From: a virus
IMG/VR virus record: IMGVR_UViG_3300031963_000013
Strand: one strand, 5' to 3'
Length of the DNA stretch: 64,000 nucleotides
Each line of letters opens with the position of its first letter. The stretch's first letter is position 1. Below the pieces are notes generated by a model, which ran no database searches, was not told the DNA's origin, and was given only the letters and a program-made list of their open reading frames with translations. This document shows, piece after piece, positions 56,359 through 64,000 of this stretch. The position numbers were made by a program, and so were the translations under genes.

Positions 56359-58290
56359 ATGGCAGAAGAACAAAAAAAACCCGAAAACAATCTATTTAGC
56401 GCTCTGAGAAGACTATTCTCTACCGATGTAATCATTCGTAACGAAGGCGGTGGAATGGTAAAAGTCATCGATAGCGATAAGATACAAACGTCAGGCGTAA
56501 TACAGACGAACAGTCTTATAGATAGATTCCATAAAGTCTACACAACGTCAACAGCGTACGGTGTTAACATGAACTTGGCGCAAAACTACCAATCAGCGAG
56601 AGTTCAGATATACGCAGATTACGACGCGATGGACACAGACGCTATCATCGCTTCCGCGTTGGACATCATCGCTGACGAGTGTACGTTGAAGAACGAGCAA
56701 GGAGAAGTGCTACAGATACGGTCTTCTGACGAAAACATCCAAAAGCTTCTTTACAACTTGTATTACTCTATACTAAACGTAGAGTTTACTCTGTGGTCTT
56801 GGATAAGAAACATGTGTAAATACGGTGATTTTTACATAAAACTGGAAATAGCAGAGGGTTTCGGAGTGTACAACGTGATCCCGTTCTCTGCCTACAACAT
56901 AGTTAGACAAGAGGGGTACAACATAAAAAACCCAAGCGAAGTTAGATTTAAGTACGATCCAAACGCAGCTATCGCATCTACCACAGGTTACGGCTCAGCT
57001 TTCAACAACCAAGATACTGGCATCTTCTTCGATAACTACGAGATGGCGCATTTCAGACTCACAGGCGACGTTAACTACCTGCCTTACGGTAGATCTTATT
57101 TGGAGCCAGCAAGAAAGCTGTTTAAGCAGTATACGCTTATAGAAGACGCCATGTTGATTCACAGGATAGTAAGAGCCCCAGAAAGACGAGTGTTCTACGT
57201 TAACGTTGGTGCTATACCTCCAAACGAAGTAGAAAACTACATGCAAAGGATGATCAATAAGATGAAAAAAACTCCTTTGATAGATCCCCAGACAGGCGAT
57301 TACAACCAAAAGTACAACGTGCAAAACATGCTCGAGGACTACTTCATACCTGTAAGAGGCAACGATCAGGCCACAAGAATAGACACAGCGAAGGGTCTGG
57401 ATTACAACGGTATCGAAGACGTTGCGTACTTTAGAGAGAAACTTTTTGCAGCGTTGAAGGTACCAAAGGCTTTCATGGGATACGAAAAGGATTTGACAGG
57501 TAAAGCGACCCTAGCAGCAGAAGACATACGATTTGCAAGAACCGTAGAAAGGATACAAAGGATCATAGTTTCAGAATTGACTAAGATCGGTTTGATCCAC
57601 CTATACGCTCACGGATACACGAACGAATCAGCTGCCAACTTCACAATATCGTTAACAAATCCGTCTATCATATACGATCAAGAAAGGATTGCGTTATTCA
57701 AAGAAAAGATAGACTTAGCAAGACAAGCGATGGAAGGTCAATTGTTACCAAGAGACTTCATATACGATAAAGTATTCCACTTCTCTGAAGATCAATACCT
57801 AGAGCTGGAAGACATGATACTAGAAGACCAAAAACGTCTATTCAGATACAAACAAATAGCTGAAGAAGGCAACGATCCATCAGAAACAGGACAAGCGTTC
57901 GGTACTCCTCACCAATTGGCCAGTCTTTACGGAGGCAAAGGTGATATGCCACTTGACGTACCGACAGGATACGATGAAAATAAACCTAAAGACGAATACA
58001 AATCCCCAGGCCGTCCCCAAAAGCACAAATCTATACGTGGCACAGACGCTAGTTCTTTTGGAAGAGACGCAATGGGTACTTACGATTTAAAATCAAACGC
58101 TGAAACAGGAGAAGATAACATGAAACCTGAATACCGTGGAGGTCCTTTAGCTTTCGAAAACTCTAACAGCGAATTTTACAAAAACAAAAAAATGTTAGAT
58201 TCAATGTTTTCTTCAAAATCAAGAAAAACAAAATTATTTGAAGAGAGCGATATATTAAACGAAGATAACATATTAACAGATCCGGAGTAA
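56359..58290 (+). CDS. portal protein (T4 gp20-like)
   Basis: EDAMLIHRIVRAPERRVFY..VG, MLEDYFIP.R, LFAALKVP, EDIRF. Confidence 0.95.
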   Translation: MAEEQKKPENNLFSALRRLFSTDVIIRNEGGGMVKVIDSDKIQTSGVIQTNSLIDRFHKVYTTSTAYGVNMNLAQNYQSARVQIYADYDAMDTDAIIASALDIIADECTLKNEQGEVLQIRSSDENIQKLLYNLYYSILNVEFTLWSWIRNMCKYGDFYIKLEIAEGFGVYNVIPFSAYNIVRQEGYNIKNPSEVRFKYDPNAAIASTTGYGSAFNNQDTGIFFDNYEMAHFRLTGDVNYLPYGRSYLEPARKLFKQYTLIEDAMLIHRIVRAPERRVFYVNVGAIPPNEVENYMQRMINKMKKTPLIDPQTGDYNQKYNVQNMLEDYFIPVRGNDQATRIDTAKGLDYNGIEDVAYFREKLFAALKVPKAFMGYEKDLTGKATLAAEDIRFARTVERIQRIIVSELTKIGLIHLYAHGYTNESAANFTISLTNPSIIYDQERIALFKEKIDLARQAMEGQLLPRDFIYDKVFHFSEDQYLELEDMILEDQKRLFRYKQIAEEGNDPSETGQAFGTPHQLASLYGGKGDMPLDVPTGYDENKPKDEYKSPGRPQKHKSIRGTDASSFGRDAMGTYDLKSNAETGEDNMKPEYRGGPLAFENSNSEFYKNKKMLDSMFSSKSRKTKLFEESDILNEDNILTDPE

Positions 58291-58326
58291 ATAATCATAT
58301 ATTTATAGGTAGAATCTAATCACAAT

Positions 58327-59175
58327 ATGGCAGTTAAACACAGCAAATATAGAAACACAGCAATTCTGTTTGAATTGTTGGTTAGACAAACAACATCTGA
58401 CTTACTACAAAACAGGGATTCGAAGTCTGTTAAGATTTTAAAAAAGTATTTTAGTAATACAGAGTTAGGTAAAGAGTACGCTCTGTACAGTTCGTTTAAC
58501 ACTACGCCCAAGTTAACAGAGGGAAAAGCTGAAATGTTCATAAGCACAGTTTTGGACCAAAGAAAAAAATTGGATCAAGAAAAATTGGACAGATTGAAGT
58601 ATAACTTGATAAAAGAGATCAAAAGCAATTACGATATCGATAACTTCTTCAAAGCCAAAGTTGACAATTACAAAACTTACGCGTCCATATACACAATATT
58701 TGAATCTCACACAAACAAATCTTTCGACGTAAAGCAAGTACTTTTAAGTAAAATAAACCTACTAGAACATATAACCGAAGAGAACATCGAAAACAAACCG
58801 ATATCTTCCGTAATGGTAGAGGAGTTTATGAAAGAGGACAAAGAGATTAGACTTCTAGCTTACAAAATAATAGTTGAAAAATTCAATTCAAAGTATTCGA
58901 AATTTTCTGAAAGACAAAAGAACGTTTTAAAAGAATACATAAACAGTGTATCCGATACAGAATACCTAAAAGCGTATCTTAACAAAACCATCAAAGAAAT
59001 AAAATCAGAGCTTGTTTCAATCAAAGATTCGGTTAAAGACGACGTTACAAGGATTAGATTGAAAGAGACTATAAAGCTTTTGGAACCAATAAAGCCAAAT
59101 CAAAGCATAAAAGACGAGAACATATCTAACGTCTTACAGTACTTAGAATTGGTAGAAGAGTTAAAGAAACTTTAG
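58327..59175 (+). CDS. conserved head-region protein
   Basis: KHSKYRNT.ILFELLVRQ; directly after portal. Confidence 0.75.
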   Translation: MAVKHSKYRNTAILFELLVRQTTSDLLQNRDSKSVKILKKYFSNTELGKEYALYSSFNTTPKLTEGKAEMFISTVLDQRKKLDQEKLDRLKYNLIKEIKSNYDIDNFFKAKVDNYKTYASIYTIFESHTNKSFDVKQVLLSKINLLEHITEENIENKPISSVMVEEFMKEDKEIRLLAYKIIVEKFNSKYSKFSERQKNVLKEYINSVSDTEYLKAYLNKTIKEIKSELVSIKDSVKDDVTRIRLKETIKLLEPIKPNQSIKDENISNVLQYLELVEELKKL

Positions 59176-59186
59176 AATCAAAAAAT

Positions 59187-60347
59187 ATGCAATTTAACAA
59201 CCAGTTTGCTACAATAAAACTGAGAGAAACCATCGCTGAGAACCAGGTTATCTTCTCGATAGACGACCAAAAGATAGATGATTTGTTTTCAAACGAATTT
59301 AGAGGCGATGTAGAATACGTACAAGACGGTTCAGACGTTTACTACGTGATTGATCAAAACGACTTTGAGAAGTTTGTAGACTACGTACAAAGCGTAGGAT
59401 TGGATTCGAACAACATACACGTTCACGAATACTTTAAAGAACAGGGTAACGTTACAGGAGGAGGAGAAGCGTATTTACCGGGGTTGGACGTTCCAGAAAA
59501 AAAGTACAAAGGCCAAAACGAAGGAGACGGGTACGAAAAAGTAAAGGGATTCAGAGCGGGCCACACTCCGGATAGAGGCGGTTTCCAATACAAAGATTTG
59601 TGGGACGTTAACGAAGAGTACGAAACAGACAAAAAGCTTAAAGTAACTCTTAAAGGTAACATAAACTACAACAAGATAGGCGACGTAACAGACGTTTCGA
59701 AAGACGGAAAGTACTACACACTACAATTCAAAAACGGGAAAACAGCTATATATCACCAATCAGACTTAACTAAACCCGCTGCACAAAAATCTTTTGAAGA
59801 GAAACCAAGACTAGACATAAGCGAAGAGGATATACAAGAGGCGTACGTACCAGACAACATAAAGAATTTTGCTAAAAGAAAACAGATTACTGGCATTGTA
59901 AATCAAGTAGCTCGTTGGGCTGAAAAAGCAGGTAAACGCATTGTTGGTGGAACAGCTGTTGGTAAAAATTATAGTACATTAATACTAGATTTAACTTATC
60001 AAGGCGGAGAAGTACGCATCAATACAGATGATGAAACTATTGAAGTTAATGGAGATTGGGTTGACAGCTACCAGGGCTTTGTAGCTGCTTTAAGCGATGA
60101 ATCACTAAACGAAAACTACCACCGCTTCAAGAAAGAGACTGTAACCAGAAGCAAAGAGCAGCAGATGCACGAAGCCATTAAATTGGTGCGCAAGAAGCTG
60201 TACGAAGCTGAGAAGGTTATGGATTACGTAAACACAATGAAAGAAGAGCTTGGACTACGCGAATACAAGGGTCACACAAGCAAACTGATGGAGAAGCTTC
60301 AAGTATCCATCTCCGAGATATACAAAAAATACAAATCAATAAAGTAA
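59187..60347 (+). CDS. modular head-associated protein
   Basis: Segments separated by LRE/VNE/IQE/LNE sites. Confidence 0.65.
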   Translation: MQFNNQFATIKLRETIAENQVIFSIDDQKIDDLFSNEFRGDVEYVQDGSDVYYVIDQNDFEKFVDYVQSVGLDSNNIHVHEYFKEQGNVTGGGEAYLPGLDVPEKKYKGQNEGDGYEKVKGFRAGHTPDRGGFQYKDLWDVNEEYETDKKLKVTLKGNINYNKIGDVTDVSKDGKYYTLQFKNGKTAIYHQSDLTKPAAQKSFEEKPRLDISEEDIQEAYVPDNIKNFAKRKQITGIVNQVARWAEKAGKRIVGGTAVGKNYSTLILDLTYQGGEVRINTDDETIEVNGDWVDSYQGFVAALSDESLNENYHRFKKETVTRSKEQQMHEAIKLVRKKLYEAEKVMDYVNTMKEELGLREYKGHTSKLMEKLQVSISEIYKKYKSIK

Positions 60348-60348
60348 C

Positions 60349-60477
60349 ATGGCAAAATCAAAATCATCAGGAGATAGCCGTAAAGTAACTTTCGGTAAAA
60401 GAAAAAAAGGAAGCTCACAAAAATCACACAACAAACACGATAGAAAAGAAAAAATGTATCGTGGACAAGGAAGATAA
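60349..60477 (+). CDS. 42-aa basic protein
   Basis: Ends KMYRGQGR; below ORF-track cutoff. Confidence 0.65.
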   Translation: MAKSKSSGDSRKVTFGKRKKGSSQKSHNKHDRKEKMYRGQGR

Positions 60478-60488
60478 TATTTATTGAT

Positions 60489-62456
60489 ATGAACATAACC
60501 AAACTATACCAACAGCTACAAGAGGGTAAAACGTCCCGCGATTACTTCGTTAAAGAAGCACGCAGACAATTTCCACAGTTCATCAGTCCAGTGACTTCTT
60601 TTAAAGACGCTGTGAACATACTAAAAGGAAAAAGACTAGTATCAGAGAACGTAACCAAAGAGGTAAGCGGTGCATTCTTCGATGCTCCAACTTTTAAAAA
60701 CGAATTACAAACCACCGAAGAATCTTTACAGGAGATAAAGGGCGTAGACGAAGAACTTCTTGATATAGTGCTTAAGTACGTTAAAGATCCTGACGAAGCT
60801 ATACAGTATATAAAGAGGGGAATGCCGGATTGGTTAGAAGCTAATCTAGATAGAGACGAAGATTATAAGAATTATTTAAAAAGTACGAGAGGAGTAGATC
60901 TATACCCCGGAAACATGGGAGATGAGATGTCTGCTCCTAGAGAAGGAAAAATAAACGAAGCCCACAAACTTGACACAGAGCAGATATTGGATCGCATGTC
61001 TCCTTACGCTGTTAGAAAGGGCATAGAGTTAGAGTTGAAGAAAGAAAAGGTGATAGACAACACTACACTCAATAAAATCAAGACCCGTGTCGCTAAGAAG
61101 CTTCAAAAAAATAAAAACGCTTACGAAGACCAAGTTTTCTCAAACGTTAAAGAAATAGACAAAAAAGATAAGCAATTAGAAACAAAGGAAGTAACCCAAG
61201 AGTTGAACGATAAACACAACTCAATGAAAAAAATTAAGGGGTACAAAGAAGAGAAGGCAAACACAAAAGCTTCTAAGAAAGAAAACAGAAAGGGAAAACC
61301 TAAAGGCGTAAAAGTGATGCCTGACAAAGGCGTTACTGGATCTGAAAAGATATTAAAAGAAGACATTCAGGATAGAGCAGACGCTATTAATAGGTTCGCT
61401 AGACTAGTTAAATCTAAAAACATCGAAGATATAAAAAACGAATTAGAAGCGATAGTACAGTTTCCAGAACAGAGCAGTATTACGCCTAGTGAAGCAACAA
61501 AGATAATTAAAAAATATTGCACACCAGAAGAAGCTCAGCAGATATTAGACGACATAAATCAACCAATGACCGATCCAGCTGGTGGCAGCGGTTTATCTTC
61601 TCATCTTGAAGAGGATGAATTTAGAGCACCAACAAACAAACCGTTGGTTAACAAAGAAGAGGTGGACGACCAAGAATTGGAAGCATTAAAAATGAAAGTT
61701 ATAGGTTGGTATAAAAAAAATTATACTAATTCAAAATCACCGCTCGTTTCAAAATGGGCAACTGAATTTGAGGCAGACGTAAACAGAGCTACAAACAAAC
61801 AAGAAATCAAACAAGTCGTAGATAGCATATTGATGGGAGATACAACCACCGCTATGACTAACTTGGGTTTAAACGAAGACAAAGCGGAGGTGTTGAACAA
61901 TATAAAAGAGTTTTTACAAGAGTACAGCTACTTGGAATACCACCAAGGCATGGAAGTAAACACACCAGACGGTCCCGGAGTAGTTAAAGAAATAATGGGC
62001 GGTACGTTAACTATAGAGTTGGAAGACAGCGCTTTAAGAGACTATCAGATGAACGTGATAAACAAAGCAACAACAGATAGTAAAGAACAACCAAAACAAA
62101 CACCGCAAGCCGCAGCAGTCGACAAAGACAAAGAAGATAGGGACGCAGCATTCTCAAAGTTTCCTTTTGGCAACCTTGGCAGCGTAAAGGGCCCAGACAC
62201 TGGAATAAAGAAAGAGGCCTACAAGAACATGACACACGAAGAGAAACTTAAAGCGATAATGGAAAAAGTTCAAGCGATGGAAGAGGGCGAAAAGAAACAC
62301 AAGGCTTTGGACATTGTAAAGAAGAAGTTGAAAGAGGCTACAAAAATCCACGCAGGAGGAGAAGTTTTTTTTAAGAAAGATTCAGAAGTACCAGGATTTG
62401 AAGCTGATCTAAAATCAGCAGGAGTTAAATACACAAAAGAGAGAGTAGCATCATGA
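60489..62456 (+). CDS. large modular head-associated protein
   Basis: Late motif upstream; many (L/I)xE sites. Confidence 0.65.
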   Translation: MNITKLYQQLQEGKTSRDYFVKEARRQFPQFISPVTSFKDAVNILKGKRLVSENVTKEVSGAFFDAPTFKNELQTTEESLQEIKGVDEELLDIVLKYVKDPDEAIQYIKRGMPDWLEANLDRDEDYKNYLKSTRGVDLYPGNMGDEMSAPREGKINEAHKLDTEQILDRMSPYAVRKGIELELKKEKVIDNTTLNKIKTRVAKKLQKNKNAYEDQVFSNVKEIDKKDKQLETKEVTQELNDKHNSMKKIKGYKEEKANTKASKKENRKGKPKGVKVMPDKGVTGSEKILKEDIQDRADAINRFARLVKSKNIEDIKNELEAIVQFPEQSSITPSEATKIIKKYCTPEEAQQILDDINQPMTDPAGGSGLSSHLEEDEFRAPTNKPLVNKEEVDDQELEALKMKVIGWYKKNYTNSKSPLVSKWATEFEADVNRATNKQEIKQVVDSILMGDTTTAMTNLGLNEDKAEVLNNIKEFLQEYSYLEYHQGMEVNTPDGPGVVKEIMGGTLTIELEDSALRDYQMNVINKATTDSKEQPKQTPQAAAVDKDKEDRDAAFSKFPFGNLGSVKGPDTGIKKEAYKNMTHEEKLKAIMEKVQAMEEGEKKHKALDIVKKKLKEATKIHAGGEVFFKKDSEVPGFEADLKSAGVKYTKERVAS

Positions 62457-63088
62457 GCAAACAACTTTTAATAGAGCATTCTTTTTTTACACCAACTATT
62501 AACTTACACGAGGGATTAAAAAACCAAAACGGTAACCTTATAGTTAGGGGTAAAGTGCAAGCTAGCGACAAACCAAACGCAAACCGCAGAGTGTATCCTT
62601 ACGAAACTCTGTTCGAACAGGTTAAAAAATACGTCGACGGTCCTATAAAAGAGAAGCGTGCGCTCGGAGAACTGGATCACCCAGAGAGCTCTATCATAAA
62701 TTTGAAAAACGTTTCTCACAACATACTGGATCTTTGGTGGGAAGGTAAAGACGTTTTCGGTACTATCGAAATACTGCCTACTCCCTCTGGTAACATACTC
62801 AAAGAGCTTTTTTTAAACAACATAACTGTAGGCATATCCTCAAGGGCTTTGGGTTCAACCACTCCCATGGCAGAAGGCTTAGTGAAAGTTGAAGAAGATT
62901 TGGAATTGATATGTTGGGACTTTGTTAGTCAACCCTCAACCTACGGTTCTTACATGAAACCTGTTAACGGTTTAAGAGAGTCTTACGACGCAACAATCAT
63001 AACTCAAACGCAAAACAAATACACAAACGTTAACAATTTGATGAGAGACATCATATGTGAAATGTCGGGTGTATGTTGCATAAACTAA
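62453..63088 (+). CDS. prohead core protease (T4 gp21-like)
   Basis: N.N.RVYP, ALGELDHP, VSH, TPSG, GISSRALGS, DFVSQPS. Confidence 0.95.
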   Translation: MSKQLLIEHSFFTPTINLHEGLKNQNGNLIVRGKVQASDKPNANRRVYPYETLFEQVKKYVDGPIKEKRALGELDHPESSIINLKNVSHNILDLWWEGKDVFGTIEILPTPSGNILKELFLNNITVGISSRALGSTTPMAEGLVKVEEDLELICWDFVSQPSTYGSYMKPVNGLRESYDATIITQTQNKYTNVNNLMRDIICEMSGVCCIN

Positions 63089-63093
63089 TAAAA

Positions 63094-63462
63094 ATGAAAC
63101 TATTTGAAATATTAAGCGAAGAGTTTTCAGCAAACGATCCGGTGTTAATGGCTCTTAGAGCTGCTAAAGATACTAGACAAAAAAACTTAAAAGCCTACGC
63201 CGCTAGTATGAAAAAAAGGGTGTATGGAAAGAAGAGAGAAGACCTCGTAGACAGATTAGAAACTCTTAACGATGATCTTTTGGATTTGTATAAACAAAAA
63301 AAGCAAGCGTTTATAGACATGGAATTAGACGCGGGTGAGAAAGGAAGTTCGTGGAGCGACCAAGATGCTAACGAATACGGTGATATGCTAAACAGCATTG
63401 ATGAAAAAATAGACTCTTTGATAAAAACTAGACAAAAGATTGAAATAGCTTTATCGTACTAA
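63094..63462 (+). CDS. putative head-cargo protein
   Basis: MKLFEILSEE leader; probable start ATG 63094. Confidence 0.6.
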   Translation: MKLFEILSEEFSANDPVLMALRAAKDTRQKNLKAYAASMKKRVYGKKREDLVDRLETLNDDLLDLYKQKKQAFIDMELDAGEKGSSWSDQDANEYGDMLNSIDEKIDSLIKTRQKIEIALSY

Positions 63463-63489
63463 TAAGAAAAGCAAAATATTTTTAGAAAT

Positions 63490-63514
63490 AGCTAACTTTT
63501 TGTTAGCTTTTTTT
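63490..63514 (+). terminator. intrinsic terminator
   Basis: AGCTAAC/GTTAGCT plus T run. Confidence 0.75.
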
Positions 63515-63647
63515 GTGTATATACATATTCTACAAAAAATGCACGTATTTATTGGTAAATGCGCAAATCTCACTATTGCGCTAAATCAATGAAACCTCAT
63601 ATTGCTTCCCTCCCCCAAATAAGCAATTAAAAATCAAAGGAAACATA

Positions 63648-64000
63648 ATGGAAACAAACATTTACAAGCAATCACTTCTTGATGCTAAAGCGGTGCGTGC
63701 GAGCATTATCGCTAACGCAAAAGCTGAACTTCAAGAGGCAATTGAGCCAAAGATCCAAGACATGATACGCACTAAGCTATCAGAAGAATTGGAAGAAGAA
63801 CTCGAAGAGGAAGTAGAAGAAGGATACGACATGGAAGAAGGCGAAACTCACGAAGAAGGCTACTACGGCGAAAAAGAAGATCAAACAATGTCTGAAGACG
63901 ACGTTACAGACGCAACTTTGGAAGAAATTCTTGCCGAATTAGACGCTTTGGAAGAAGACCAGAACCTTAACGAAGTAGAAGAAAACGTTGAAGAAGAAGG
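63648..64000 (+). CDS. prohead scaffold protein, 3'-truncated by window edge
   Basis: DAKAVR...ANAK..L.EA..PK, then very acidic; follows protease; open to the window end. Confidence 0.75.
   Translation, partial: METNIYKQSLLDAKAVRASIIANAKAELQEAIEPKIQDMIRTKLSEELEEELEEEVEEGYDMEEGETHEEGYYGEKEDQTMSEDDVTDATLEEILAELDALEEDQNLNEVEENVEEE

Noticed and set aside
54762-58290. Inteins or introns in terminase or portal
   Set aside because: Lengths are normal and no intein terminal motifs or frame breaks are visible.
1-64000. Stop-codon reassignment
   Set aside because: Core genes are full length in the standard code, and TAG and TGA both terminate genes at sensible boundaries (e.g. 21957, 44484, 41326, 62456).

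Overview
A 64-kb segment of a large T4-like tailed phage (myovirus-type baseplate) read in the standard genetic code. The host is inferred to be Bacteroidota, from SD-less A-rich leaders, a perfect TAnnTTTG promoter and a D-S/T-rich lipoprotein. Layout: early hypothetical genes with a duplicated 165-bp promoter block (1-7 kb); tRNAs and tRNA-like RNAs (7.0-8.5 kb and 12.0-12.4 kb); an AT-shifted accessory island with an attC-like gene-cassette array (9.7-12 kb); thyA; a glycosylase plus candidate DNA-hypermodification cluster (15-19.5 kb); a lysis module (20.4-22.6 kb); a minus-strand baseplate operon and gp55-like sigma factor (22.6-40 kb); primase and fused Mre11-Rad50; a run of putative head-cargo proteins; then terminase, portal, prohead protease and the start of the scaffold gene. 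The most notable unexplained structures are (1) an integron-like cassette array with no integrase in the window, whose ORFs run opposite to the attC polarity and often start inside the hairpin, and (2) three near-identical tRNA scaffolds whose anticodon arm is replaced by unrelated structured inserts, bracketing a putative kissing-loop ncRNA. All product calls come from motif recognition by eye; no database searches were run.
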